64,000 bases of DNA, from positions 8,994-72,993 of the IMG/VR virus record IMGVR_UViG_3300037458_001303, one strand, 5' to 3'. The notes under the pieces are model-generated. The model had not been told where the DNA came from and did not search any database. It saw nothing but the letters and a program-made list of their open reading frames with translations. Positions within the stretch are counted from its first letter, which is position 1. Each line of letters starts with the position of its first letter. Of the stretch, positions 45,525-55,897 are shown in pieces. The stretch is from a virus. Its lineage: Duplodnaviria > Caudoviricetes. The translations under genes were made by a program, and so were the position numbers.

Positions 45525-48500
45525 TGCAGGTTCAACTCAACTTGACCTTCGAGCTCGCCCAGCCGACGGAGCTTGTTCTCCAGGTTGGCTTCCACGAGCG
45601 ACTTGAGCCCGAAGGCTTCGACTGGGGCCCTGGCGATGGACGGCGGAACGGTGAAACCCTCCGCCTGTTCTTCAGTGAGGTCGAGACCGGCCAGATCTTT
45701 CCCGGGCTCCGGCTGGATGACGAGCTCGCCCTCCGGGGTCCGACGCAGTGCCTCCATGAATTCGACGAAGCTGGCGAGCTTGGCACCGGTTTTCTCAGTC
45801 CATCCGCTTTGGTCCCACAGCTTTTTCTCTCCGAACCAAACGATAGCTTGCAGATCTGCCGGCTCCATGCCAAGATCCTTCGCAGCCTGCCGAAAACCAT
45901 CCGCAATGACGTCGTAAGCCACATCATCCACTCCCGTTTCGTTCCGCGCCAGAATGCGCCATTGCTCTTTCCCACGATTGAGCAAACGGTGCGCGATGCG
46001 CGCGGCCCACACATCAATAGTCGGCCCCCAGTCGGCGCCCGTCAAGTTTCCCGTGAATTGCTTGGTCTTTTTGCCACCCGACCCATCGTCCCAAGCATCA
46101 CCCAGCACCAAAGCAACCGAAGTGCTGTTGGCCCCGAATAGTTTCCCGTTGCTTTTTCGCGGCTTCAGGCCTTCCCGATTGATCAGCCAGGACAGGAACG
46201 ATCGCTGCAGATCGCCGCCTTCCTTCTGACTCCCGCTTTTGACGTCGTTGTAGAAGGCTGTCATGATTTCGGGGTCTTTCGCCTCGAACTTTTCCCAGCC
46301 TTCGTTGATCCGGTTGACGATGTCCTTGTAGTCGCCTTTCTTGAACCGATTGTAAGCGTCCAGCGCCATCAAGAAGTTCTCGCGGACTCCGGTTCGAGGC
46401 GAAGTCGCCGCCAGAAGCTGCGCGAACATGACCATGTCCTCGCCAAAAATGCTCTTCCCGAGCTTGGCCGCCAGCCGATACCACTTTCGGGCCAGGGCAA
46501 CCCTGGGGTTCTCCATCATCTTGCGCCCCTCTTCCGCTAGACGCTCCCCGAGGACTTTACTGACCTGCGTCCGGACTTCCATCGCGGCCTCCCGCGCGCC
46601 CAGATCTTTCGGCAGCGAGTTGGCGACTTCGTTGCCTACGACTGAGTCCGTGATCTGATACGGCAGCTTGGCATAAACCAGATTGCCCTTCTCATCCTGC
46701 TGCGGGACGTTGTTTTCATCCCGAGAGAACTGGACCGGCATTGACTCCGGGAATTGCTTCGCGGCTGCCTCGATCTCTTCCTTAGCCGCGCGTCGCTTTG
46801 CTGCGATGCTAGCGTTTTTTGGCAGGAACAACCCGCCCATGCCACGCTTCCGAAGGTTATCAAGCGAGTCGGAGAACACTTGGAACTTGTTGTCCTCCTG
46901 GCTCAGGTTGGCCCGCATGAAGTCGAGCACCTTAGGCGTCTTCGGTTTGGTGTCTACGAGCGAGACCTGGGCATTGTCGACCCAGTCCTCGTTGTCCAGG
47001 AAAATCCCCTCCACCTTGCCGCGGACGGCAGGCCACTTGCTATCGGGGATCTCGATGTGCAACCGGCCCTGGTTGGGCTCGTAACGAATCCGGACGAACC
47101 CGGCCTTGAGCGCTTTTTCGCGCTCGGCCACGTCCGGACGGTCAGTAAACTTGGTCCCGAACCGCTTGTTGTAATCAGCCGAGTTCTCGGCCAGATCGTT
47201 CTCGTGGAGACCCGACGTCACCTTCTTGACCGACCCATCCGGTAGAATCCACCCTGCGCGGTCGCCCTTCAGCCCGGCGAAGTCGAGATCTTTCTTGCGC
47301 CGTGGAGCGAACGCCGGTTGGGTCGCCGGCTGCGTCATGCGCTCAACGCCGATTGCGGCCAGATCAAGGGGCGCCTCGGCCGTTCCCTCGGGGGTCGTCC
47401 AGGGCATCGTCGGCTGCGCCTGTTCTTTCAGGATCCGGTTGACCTCGGCCTCCGGGAGAACCCGGTTGATCTTCATTGATCCGCCGATCATCCAGTCACC
47501 GGTCATGTTGGGGTTGGTCTTGTATCGGTAGTAGCCGTCCTCCGGGATCTTCGCAAGATCCGCGCGAGTCGGACTGAAAACGCCACGAGCATTAACTCCC
47601 GCCGCGTTAGCCTCAGGCTGGTAGTCCACGTCGGCAGCCAGTTCCACTTCGGCCCAGACTTCGTTAGGCCGGCGCGCCCAAACTTTGCCGTCCTTCTTGA
47701 TGCCGATGTGGGTCGCCAGAGGCAGATCCCCGGCGTGCCATCCCGGGCGGAACTTGAGCGGCCCGAGCTTCGAGCGGACTTTTCCACCTTCTGCCGAAGG
47801 GCCCGCCGTCGCGTCAAGCCATAGCCCGCGGGGCAACGGATCCGTCGCACCAACGAAAAGTGGGTATAGCTTACCGTCCCGGACTCGGAAGAGCTTGTAG
47901 GCCTTGACCGTCTTCTCGGGGGCGTCCTTGGTCCGGACCCGGTATCCGCCTCCAGCGGGATCCGACATGACGTCGCCCTGGGTCGGGAACACGTCAGCGT
48001 CGGGAAGCGCATCGGACCGTTTCCGCGGCAGGAAATTCAAGCCTTCGGGGCCCATGCCCTCCTGCGCGACGTCCTCTGACTGCAGCGACTGCATCTCCTG
48101 CGAGTTGGTCGCGTCGGCCTTCAGCTGATTGGCCCTCTCTGCAATCTCGAAAGCCTCGGTGCGGGTCACATACCGGCCCGTGCTGGTCACAAACCCGTTG
48201 TCGACATAGGTGTCCGGGAAGTGACGCAGGATATCCTGGGGACCCCAGTTGTTTTCCTTGATCGCGGTCATCAGCGCCGCGAAGTGCATCGGGCCGGTCC
48301 AGACCCGTCCGTCCAGACGAGAGCGGATGGCGGCCATCTTGATCGTCTCGACGTCAGTCCGGTCAGCGGGCAGGAACGCGGTGCGGTCCTCGTCGTAGGG
48401 ACGCAGCTTCTCGACCGTAGCGTCGTCGGCACCCTGCTCCTTCGCCCATTCGGTTACCGGCTTCTCCACGGCGGGAGGCGGCGTTGTCTCCGGGGCGGGA

Positions 48501-51500
48501 ACCGGCAGCGTTTCAGGTTCTCCCGCGGACCTCCGCATTTGCCTCATAAACCACGAGGCACCGCTCTTCGCCATATTGATCTGACCAACTGCCGGGCGCG
48601 GTCCAGGGAATTCCCGGCCACGGAAATATCGGGACCGATACCGGGGCAACGCGGCGCCTTGGGCCGGAAACGTGGGCATCCGCCCATTCACAAGAGCGTC
48701 CGCTGCGGCTCTCATCTGGGCCGGGTCGGTGAGCACGGTCTCTCCACTGCCACCCGTCGGGACGACGTCACTTGCCACCGAGTCCCAGATTGCCTGCTGG
48801 TTGTTCCGCTGCGCGAAAGCTACTGAATTGGCCCGGTGCTTCTGATTGACGACCGCGTTGACGTCGATCGATACCATCGCTTCGCCACGTGGGCCCTTGG
48901 CCTCAATCTTGAAGAGCCCCGGTTTTACCCGGTAGTTGCTCAACGCATCCGTGTAGGGCTGAAGCGCGGATCGGACTCTCTCGACCGTCAACTCATTGGC
49001 GGGCACGTTGACCGAGGCAAGCGTTACCACATCCGTCGGTTCTTGCCGGGTGACCCCGGGGTTATCCGGATCGACCTCCCGAAGACGAGCCGGGTCGAAC
49101 AATGTCCCGTCCGCGTTGAGCGTTCCACCAAATTCTTCGCCGCTTCGGATCTTGTCGATGAGCTGGACGGCGTTCTTGTGGATCATCAGCAACGAGGGGT
49201 CCAGCAAACCGATCTGGGTGCTGAATCCAGCCATGCTGCCGGAATCTTCCATCACCTCACGCGCCTCGCGGAAGAACTGGCCCTTCATCATGACCGCCAG
49301 CGCTTGGTCCATGCGCCCGGCCGCCATGTCGGCTTCGAACTGCCGATTCACCTGATCGCGGAGAGCGTTGGCAAGCGGAATGCCCATCTCCGTATCGCCG
49401 GCGAGCGAGATGCCAACCGCGTAAGCCTGCCCAGTCAGCCCGCCAGGGCCCTTGGCCAGCGCCGCAAACTGCTCGGGAGTCATCGTCGCGACGTCACGCA
49501 AGCGTTGGATCGCGTCCGCGCGCGGCAGGAACCCCGCCGTCGCCAGCGGTGTGCTGATTTCCCGGATCGGCGTTTCGCGCACCCCGATTCCTTCCGGCGG
49601 CGTGACGATGTCTTCGAGGTTAAGCGCCTCGATCGCCTCCGTCAGGTTGTCCTTGGCGTTGTAACCCTGCCGGGACAGCTCAGTCCGGATCGGGTTCATC
49701 TCCATGATGTCGAAGCGTTGGTTCCCGAGCTCCGGCACAACGAACTGTGGGCGCGGGCCGCCCACCTGAGGCACCACGCTGGGCAGCCCCCGGGCTTTCG
49801 CCTCGGCCTTGGAGAACCGAATGCCTTCCGCCGGCACCGGGGTCAGATTGTTCTCGGTGGCCAGGATCTGCGCCTCGACGTTCCCGGGGATCGTGATGCG
49901 TTCCCCGGTAACCGGGTTGACGCCAGCAGGCTGACGCTTGGTCGTGGTTGGCGGCGCGATCCCCATGAGCAGGTTCAGCATCGTCGCCGTCGTCGCCGGC
50001 AGCTGATTCGGGCTGAACCCGGGTGTCGGCTGCGGGACATACCGTTGGTAGCCTTCCGGCACTCGAATCGGCTGCCCTTGGCCCGTAAAACCATTGGCGT
50101 GGTTCTGCGAGTAGGCCGCCAGATCGCTGGCCATGGCGTTTAACCCGTCCGTCGTAAACCGGAGCCCTTCGGGTGTCTGGATATACTCCCACGCCGCGGG
50201 AATCAGGTCGGCGATCTGCCGGACACCCGGCTTGTCCGACGCCATCAGGTCGTTCAACAGGATCGTGGCGTTGCCCAGGACCTTGTCCGGGCTCAGACCG
50301 AGCACCTGGATGCGCGGGGCGCCTCCAGGCTGAGTCGAACGGAGCATGCGGAACCGGTAGGGGATCGTGTTCTTCTGGAAGATCGCCCTGGTGGACTCCT
50401 TGATGTTGGGGTCCGCGGAGAGCTGTTCCCTGTAGTAGGCCTCGGCTTGGTCGTTCCGGCGTTGCCACCGTCGCAGGGCATCCTTGCCGGCCGACGGCTT
50501 CACTGACTGATAGAAGAGCGATACCAGGGGACCGCCGCGGTCCATTCCGAGGGTCCGGATGGCCCCGGCGATGCGCCGGAGGTTCTCAACCTGGGCTTGG
50601 TCGATGTCGGGGTTCTGCTCGACGGCCTGGAGGATCTTCTCCACGTCGTTCAGGTCCCGGACGTCCCGGGCTGCCGTCCGAGCGAATTCACCGGCGCCCA
50701 TACCACCCCGGAGGTTCTCCGGCTCTTCCCCGGCAGCTACCGGGGGAGTCTGGACACCGGGCACGGTCATCGCGCGCGGCGTAATGGGCGCCGGCGGCGT
50801 TACCGTGGGGGTGACTTGGGACAATGGAGCCCCCGCGGGCGTAGGAGTTTCACCAGGAGCCGGAATCGGTGCTGGCGCGGTTGGTCCGCCGGTCGGGGGC
50901 AAAGGAGGGGGCTGCGCTGGGCCGCTAGGGGGGCTAGAAGGCGTCGGGGGTAGCGGGGGCGGTGTCGGGGCCGCCGCGGCCGCAGGAAGCGGTGGCGGGG
51001 TCGCCGCTGGCGAAGGCGCCATGGTCCCGGCGGTCTGGAGGACGCGGAAAGAAGGCTCAATCGGGAGCGTCCCGGGCACGGCAGAGGCCATTTCGGCCAC
51101 CTCGGGACGGAATCCGGGGATTACCGCCTGGAAAAAGCGTCCAACAAGCCCCGCGATAGGCTGGACGACCCCCGGAGGGAGCCCGTCAAGCCGGGATCCA
51201 CGGGATACTAGGGAAAAATGTTCCGCAGCAATCTCGCCGAGGGCCTGTTCCCGCGAGATAGACACCGGGGTCGCCCCTTCGGGGAGGTTGGCGTTGAGCA
51301 TCCGCTCGTAAAGCGACCGGAAGGCCTCAATCTTATCGGGCCCGTAAGCCTTCTCGATGTCCCGCTGCAGCTGGATTGACTGTTCCGGGGTGGTCAGAGC
51401 GTGCATGAGGTGCCCCAGCTCGTGGTGCATCCCCGTGGTGTCTTCGGACAGGTAAATCTCGTAGCTGCCGTCGGGCGCCGTCCCGGCGAAATAGCCATGG

Positions 51501-53566
51501 GCGTCCGCACCGAAACGGTTTTGGAAGGCGTCCCTGGGCATCAGCCAGATCTTGGTCTCGACGGACCGGCCCGTGTTGGGGTCCTGGACCCGCCGGTAAT
51601 GCTCTCGCATCCTGGCGATCAGTGCGGCGGCCTTTTGGCCCACCGGATTCGTTGCCATCCGCCTGACGGCGGCCTCATGCCCGGCGTTGAGGTTCTTGAT
51701 GTCAGTAGCACGCTCCCCGGTCTCAGCGTAGGGCGCTGAAGGGACCCCCTGGACGTCCGCCTGTTTCCAGGCTTGGTGCAGCCCGGTAAGTGCCGAGTCG
51801 CGTCCATACTGGAATGCCTCCGACCCCAAAGCACCGTAGGCACCCAGAGCGCCCGAAGAGATGATGCCGGCGGCCATTTCCGGGTCGTCGGCCAGAAGCG
51901 CCAACGGAACCGCACCGGCCGTGCCGTGGACAACGCCTCGGCTGCCGGTAGCAATGCGGCGTCGGATCCATTCCAGGCCGCCCTCACCCCTAGCAAACTT
52001 GGCTCCGCTCTTGGCCATCTTTTCGCCCATTGCCTTCACGCCCCGACTACCCAGCGCCAGTGCCGTGCCGATCAGAAGGCTGGCTGGATTGCCAGACATA
52101 ACGGCAGCGGTCAGACCGGTCGCCATGGCGATGCCGGCGACTTTCGATCCCATGAACTTGCCCAGCCCGGCGATTTCCTTCCCCGCTTTCTCCAGGGGTG
52201 CCGCCACGGCAGCACGACCCGCTCTGCCGACCGCCTCCACCGTGCCGCGTCCCGCGGCCGATATGGCACGTCCGATCCTCGACTTGGCCGCTTCCAACGC
52301 TGCGGCGTCCGCTGCCTGGGCGATCGTTCGACCCGTCCGGGTGTTGACCAGCTTGAAACCCTTCGCGCCGGCGCCTACGGGAATCGCATTCGAAATGTCG
52401 GTGAAGATCGAGACGTTGTCGATCTCTTCCGGATCAAGCTTGACGCCGATCTGCTGCAGCTCTTCCTCGTTCAGTCCACCGAGCGCTTCGGTGACAACGC
52501 CCTGGCCGGAGCGCGCCCGATCATACTCGTAGTAGCGGCCCATCCGGTTAATGAATTCTTCAGCCGGATCCCGCGGGTCAAGCTTCTCGATACCAGCCTG
52601 GACGAACCGCTCTGCGGGTCCCCGCAGTAGCGAATTCATAAAGCTGGCGACACGCATCCCGCGGCGGAGCGTTTCTCCGACGCCTCGCTGCGTAGCTTCA
52701 AGCGCACTGCCGCCGGTCGCGGCCGTCGCTGCCGCCTCCGCGACACCACCGACGATCGGGACTGCGTTCATGAGCAGGCCACCCGATTCAACACCGCCGA
52801 GCTCGATAGAGGCCAGCAACGTCTGAGCTGCGCGAGCTTTCTCCTCGTCCGTGCTGCCGGGGAGCGCTGCGTAAAGGTTCGCACCGAGCTGCCCCGCCCC
52901 CTTGAGAGCGGAACCGAACATTCCGGGCATGCCCGAAACGCCGGCGCGGAGGACCTGACGGATCGCCTCGGAAGTCAGGCCACGGGCGTCCTTCTCTTTC
53001 CGAATCCGGAGCATCCGGTCGAAGGTCGCTTGGTCGTAAGCTCGATTCTCGATCCAGAACTTCGCCATCTCCTTTTCGGGGACGAAGAGCGCATCGTTGA
53101 TCAGATCGTCGTCGGTCCGGTCTTCCCACTCGGCCAGCGGGGACCAGTTGGTGTCGTTGGTGACAGGAGCAGCCGCTTCAGGCTGCGCGGGAACGCCCGG
53201 TTCGTCGACAGGCTCCCAGCCGGAGGTGTCAGTGACGACCATCCCCGGTTCCGGTGTGAAGGCGGGAGGCGATTCGAGGATCGAGGGCGAAGAAAGAGTC
53301 TGAGGTGGGGCACCTACGGGCCCGTTTGATTGCGGAAGCATGGCTTCAGCACCCGCCACCTCAGAAAGGGGAGCCGCCGGTTCCGGTTTTCGAACGCCGA
53401 AAACGTTGGCGACAGAGGGATGGAGTTGGCTTTGAAACGCAGAAAGAGCGGGAGCAAAAACGGAGGCATTGCTAGCGCTCAGTCTCTTGAGCCGCTCCGA
53501 AGGGAGATCCTGCACATTCAGGGGCATAAGCTTACTATCGTGACCGAGTTGATACCCGTCAACCAA
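45521..53566 (-). CDS. Large internal virion (ejection) / polyvalent protein, 2681 aa
   Basis: Last of three ejection-like genes; Gly/Ala-rich hydrophobic segments, HHELGH motif, Pro-rich linker, KAYKLF...RPGWH module, C-terminal HhH-glycosylase-like module. Confidence 0.75.
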   Translation of the reverse strand: MVDGYQLGHDSKLMPLNVQDLPSERLKRLSASNASVFAPALSAFQSQLHPSVANVFGVRKPEPAAPLSEVAGAEAMLPQSNGPVGAPPQTLSSPSILESPPAFTPEPGMVVTDTSGWEPVDEPGVPAQPEAAAPVTNDTNWSPLAEWEDRTDDDLINDALFVPEKEMAKFWIENRAYDQATFDRMLRIRKEKDARGLTSEAIRQVLRAGVSGMPGMFGSALKGAGQLGANLYAALPGSTDEEKARAAQTLLASIELGGVESGGLLMNAVPIVGGVAEAAATAATGGSALEATQRGVGETLRRGMRVASFMNSLLRGPAERFVQAGIEKLDPRDPAEEFINRMGRYYEYDRARSGQGVVTEALGGLNEEELQQIGVKLDPEEIDNVSIFTDISNAIPVGAGAKGFKLVNTRTGRTIAQAADAAALEAAKSRIGRAISAAGRGTVEAVGRAGRAAVAAPLEKAGKEIAGLGKFMGSKVAGIAMATGLTAAVMSGNPASLLIGTALALGSRGVKAMGEKMAKSGAKFARGEGGLEWIRRRIATGSRGVVHGTAGAVPLALLADDPEMAAGIISSGALGAYGALGSEAFQYGRDSALTGLHQAWKQADVQGVPSAPYAETGERATDIKNLNAGHEAAVRRMATNPVGQKAAALIARMREHYRRVQDPNTGRSVETKIWLMPRDAFQNRFGADAHGYFAGTAPDGSYEIYLSEDTTGMHHELGHLMHALTTPEQSIQLQRDIEKAYGPDKIEAFRSLYERMLNANLPEGATPVSISREQALGEIAAEHFSLVSRGSRLDGLPPGVVQPIAGLVGRFFQAVIPGFRPEVAEMASAVPGTLPIEPSFRVLQTAGTMAPSPAATPPPLPAAAAAPTPPPLPPTPSSPPSGPAQPPPLPPTGGPTAPAPIPAPGETPTPAGAPLSQVTPTVTPPAPITPRAMTVPGVQTPPVAAGEEPENLRGGMGAGEFARTAARDVRDLNDVEKILQAVEQNPDIDQAQVENLRRIAGAIRTLGMDRGGPLVSLFYQSVKPSAGKDALRRWQRRNDQAEAYYREQLSADPNIKESTRAIFQKNTIPYRFRMLRSTQPGGAPRIQVLGLSPDKVLGNATILLNDLMASDKPGVRQIADLIPAAWEYIQTPEGLRFTTDGLNAMASDLAAYSQNHANGFTGQGQPIRVPEGYQRYVPQPTPGFSPNQLPATTATMLNLLMGIAPPTTTKRQPAGVNPVTGERITIPGNVEAQILATENNLTPVPAEGIRFSKAEAKARGLPSVVPQVGGPRPQFVVPELGNQRFDIMEMNPIRTELSRQGYNAKDNLTEAIEALNLEDIVTPPEGIGVRETPIREISTPLATAGFLPRADAIQRLRDVATMTPEQFAALAKGPGGLTGQAYAVGISLAGDTEMGIPLANALRDQVNRQFEADMAAGRMDQALAVMMKGQFFREAREVMEDSGSMAGFSTQIGLLDPSLLMIHKNAVQLIDKIRSGEEFGGTLNADGTLFDPARLREVDPDNPGVTRQEPTDVVTLASVNVPANELTVERVRSALQPYTDALSNYRVKPGLFKIEAKGPRGEAMVSIDVNAVVNQKHRANSVAFAQRNNQQAIWDSVASDVVPTGGSGETVLTDPAQMRAAADALVNGRMPTFPAQGAALPRYRSRYFRGREFPGPRPAVGQINMAKSGASWFMRQMRRSAGEPETLPVPAPETTPPPAVEKPVTEWAKEQGADDATVEKLRPYDEDRTAFLPADRTDVETIKMAAIRSRLDGRVWTGPMHFAALMTAIKENNWGPQDILRHFPDTYVDNGFVTSTGRYVTRTEAFEIAERANQLKADATNSQEMQSLQSEDVAQEGMGPEGLNFLPRKRSDALPDADVFPTQGDVMSDPAGGGYRVRTKDAPEKTVKAYKLFRVRDGKLYPLFVGATDPLPRGLWLDATAGPSAEGGKVRSKLGPLKFRPGWHAGDLPLATHIGIKKDGKVWARRPNEVWAEVELAADVDYQPEANAAGVNARGVFSPTRADLAKIPEDGYYRYKTNPNMTGDWMIGGSMKINRVLPEAEVNRILKEQAQPTMPWTTPEGTAEAPLDLAAIGVERMTQPATQPAFAPRRKKDLDFAGLKGDRAGWILPDGSVKKVTSGLHENDLAENSADYNKRFGTKFTDRPDVAEREKALKAGFVRIRYEPNQGRLHIEIPDSKWPAVRGKVEGIFLDNEDWVDNAQVSLVDTKPKTPKVLDFMRANLSQEDNKFQVFSDSLDNLRKRGMGGLFLPKNASIAAKRRAAKEEIEAAAKQFPESMPVQFSRDENNVPQQDEKGNLVYAKLPYQITDSVVGNEVANSLPKDLGAREAAMEVRTQVSKVLGERLAEEGRKMMENPRVALARKWYRLAAKLGKSIFGEDMVMFAQLLAATSPRTGVRENFLMALDAYNRFKKGDYKDIVNRINEGWEKFEAKDPEIMTAFYNDVKSGSQKEGGDLQRSFLSWLINREGLKPRKSNGKLFGANSTSVALVLGDAWDDGSGGKKTKQFTGNLTGADWGPTIDVWAARIAHRLLNRGKEQWRILARNETGVDDVAYDVIADGFRQAAKDLGMEPADLQAIVWFGEKKLWDQSGWTEKTGAKLASFVEFMEALRRTPEGELVIQPEPGKDLAGLDLTEEQAEGFTVPPSIARAPVEAFGLKSLVEANLENKLRRLGELEGQVELNLQ

Positions 53567-54923
53567 TCACCCCGGGACGAACATTCTGCAGACTGCCGGA
53601 GGGGACGGTGGGGGCTGGTAGAGCTGCCGGTGGCGTGGCCATGGGTGTCGCCGAAGAGCGTTGCTTACGCTGCTCGCTCTGGACCCACTTCCAGGTCTCG
53701 TCGCCCACGCGAAGGATCTGCCCGCCGATGTCGATTCCCAGCGCGCCCGTGCGCGTATCCCGCACGAGACGACCGCGGAGCAGCGTGGAATTCGGAACGC
53801 TCTGCACCCTGGCCGGCTGACGATCATACGTCGAGTAGTCGATGCCGCCGGGCATCGCGGGCGCCGCCGTCGGTGTCATGGTGGATCCAGTGGCCGGCGC
53901 TGTAGCCGAGCCAGGAGCCGGAGTCGCCACGGGCTGACCGGAATCAATGCTGAGTGCGGTATTGGAGCCCTCGGGGAAGTAAAGACCCGCCTGACGGTTC
54001 GCGATGGCTTTCTTCGTCAACTCGCGCCGAAGGTTCAGATACTCGTTCCAGGCTTCCGGTGTGTCCGTCATGCTGCGAACCGATCTCAGCAAGAAAGCGA
54101 TGTCCTTGTCGGACAAGGCGCCCTTCATAAACTCGACCTGCCGAAGGGCCTGATTGTTGATAAACATCTCAAGATCGCGTTGATCCTGAAAACGCTTGGT
54201 CGCGGCCTCGCCACCGAAGGCGGAGCTGACGAAATTCCACTTCTGCGCGGCCCAGTTGCCTCGCAAAGGACCGACGGTTTCGGGGGACACCGCCTGCTGC
54301 GCGCGGTCGATGTCCAGCAGTGCCGTTTCAAGCTGAGCTAGGTTTTCCTGGACCTTCCGGGCGTCGGCCGGATCGATCGAGGGCATCTGACGGAGCGCTT
54401 CAAAGAGTCCCTCGTCGTCCTTCAGCCCACCAGTGCGAGGGTCGAACGCTGCGGCCAGATAGCCGCCCTTCGTCAGCGACGAAAGCGCCGCTTCAGCGAA
54501 TGGAGTGAGCTTCTCGCGCCCGAACCCGCCCTCGGCTTCGAACTGGAGCGCCCGCTTGTTGGACATCATGTTGCGGATTGCTCCCATGTCGTAGACCTGC
54601 CGGCCATCCGCGGCGGTATACATTGGGGCTTCCCCACCGACCTCGTTGTTAAAAGATTCGAGGATCTGCAGGTCGAGGATAGTGGCGTCCCGAGGGAGCT
54701 TCGCGTCGAGGTTTCGCTTCAGCCGTTGCATCCGCGCCGTCTCGTCGATCTTGACCCGCATATCAAGCCCCTGCTCGAAGGCCTGCATTCCGCGTTGGTA
54801 GGCGGCCGCGGCTTCGACCGGAGCGCTACGGAGCGATTCCGGCGAGGCGATGACTGGCGAGGAGATATTGGGACCGGAAAGGTCGATCCCACCCAAGGTA
54901 AATTGAGCGTCGTTGAGTGCCAT
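53559..54923 (-). CDS. Internal virion protein (putative)
   Basis: Helical; G..SDKD...L motif; position in the module. Confidence 0.55.
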   Translation of the reverse strand: MALNDAQFTLGGIDLSGPNISSPVIASPESLRSAPVEAAAAYQRGMQAFEQGLDMRVKIDETARMQRLKRNLDAKLPRDATILDLQILESFNNEVGGEAPMYTAADGRQVYDMGAIRNMMSNKRALQFEAEGGFGREKLTPFAEAALSSLTKGGYLAAAFDPRTGGLKDDEGLFEALRQMPSIDPADARKVQENLAQLETALLDIDRAQQAVSPETVGPLRGNWAAQKWNFVSSAFGGEAATKRFQDQRDLEMFINNQALRQVEFMKGALSDKDIAFLLRSVRSMTDTPEAWNEYLNLRRELTKKAIANRQAGLYFPEGSNTALSIDSGQPVATPAPGSATAPATGSTMTPTAAPAMPGGIDYSTYDRQPARVQSVPNSTLLRGRLVRDTRTGALGIDIGGQILRVGDETWKWVQSEQRKQRSSATPMATPPAALPAPTVPSGSLQNVRPGVIG

Positions 54924-54924
54924 A

Positions 54925-55893
54925 TCACTTGACTAGGGAAGAGGCGCCTTTTGTCACACCGCTGGCCCCGCCACCGAAGAGGCTGCCAAAACCACCTCCG
55001 CCGGCGGCGCCGCCGAGAAGGCCTCCGAACATGTTGGTCCCAGACTCGATCATGCTGTTAATCATCGAGGCTTGAGACAGAGCTTTCTGACCCCTGAGCC
55101 CGGCCACCTGTAGGGCCTTCTGGTTTTCGAGGTCCAAGTTCTGCAGATCCATCGCAAGCTGGTCGCGCCCGGTCAAGCCGACCGGCCGGATCTGCTGCGC
55201 GACACCCTGCTGGACGTTGCCGTAGAACCCGGCCCTGGTCGCTGGGCGTGCCGTGGACTGCGTGACAAGGTCGCCAAGAATTCGCTGCCGGCTTTGAGTC
55301 AGCAGGTCATTCAACTGAAGTGCCTGCGCGGCCTCGGCCCTGCGTTGACTCTCCAGTTGGAGTCCGGCCGAACCGAGCAACGTCCCGAGGCGTGCGGCCA
55401 CGGGGCCCGTTCGATTGCCTCCGATTCCGGTAGCTGCGGCCTCTTCAAGACCCGTCCGGACCAGCTCCGCCTGAAACTCGGGCGGGAGCTGGGCGCCACG
55501 CCGAAGATTCTCGCGCGTCTGGGCGAGCAACTCGCGGCGAATCTCCTCAGCAACCGGACTGACAGCCTGCGCTTCTCGCACCTGCTGGGCGAACAGTTCG
55601 TCCGCAGCGGCAAAGTCACGCTCAGCACCCTCTACGGTCCGTCGAAGACCGGTTTCCGCGGCGGCCCCAGCGGCAGCCAGATCCGGGTTGGCTTTGCGAA
55701 ACTCTTCGAGCGACCGAGTGTAGAAGGCGATGTCTCGCGCGGCGGTAGTCTTCGCCACGGCGGGAACGTCGATCCCTTTCAGGGCCTTGATGGCGTCCAT
55801 CTGGGTGTTGATGGCTTTGCGCTCAGCGTCGCCTTTTACGGCCGCCTGGGCGATCCCGCCTACGGCTTGAAGCACTGGTCCGAGGAACCACAT
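54925..55893 (-). CDS. Internal virion / pilot protein (putative)
   Basis: Gly/Ala-rich hydrophobic termini, coiled coil. Confidence 0.55.
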   Translation of the reverse strand: MWFLGPVLQAVGGIAQAAVKGDAERKAINTQMDAIKALKGIDVPAVAKTTAARDIAFYTRSLEEFRKANPDLAAAGAAAETGLRRTVEGAERDFAAADELFAQQVREAQAVSPVAEEIRRELLAQTRENLRRGAQLPPEFQAELVRTGLEEAAATGIGGNRTGPVAARLGTLLGSAGLQLESQRRAEAAQALQLNDLLTQSRQRILGDLVTQSTARPATRAGFYGNVQQGVAQQIRPVGLTGRDQLAMDLQNLDLENQKALQVAGLRGQKALSQASMINSMIESGTNMFGGLLGGAAGGGGFGSLFGGGASGVTKGASSLVK

Positions 55894-55897
55894 AGCG

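Noticed and set aside
48341-48351. Self-match of the first 11 nt of spacer 5 in the giant virion gene
   Set aside because: The match ends after 11 nt; expected by chance across five spacers and two strands
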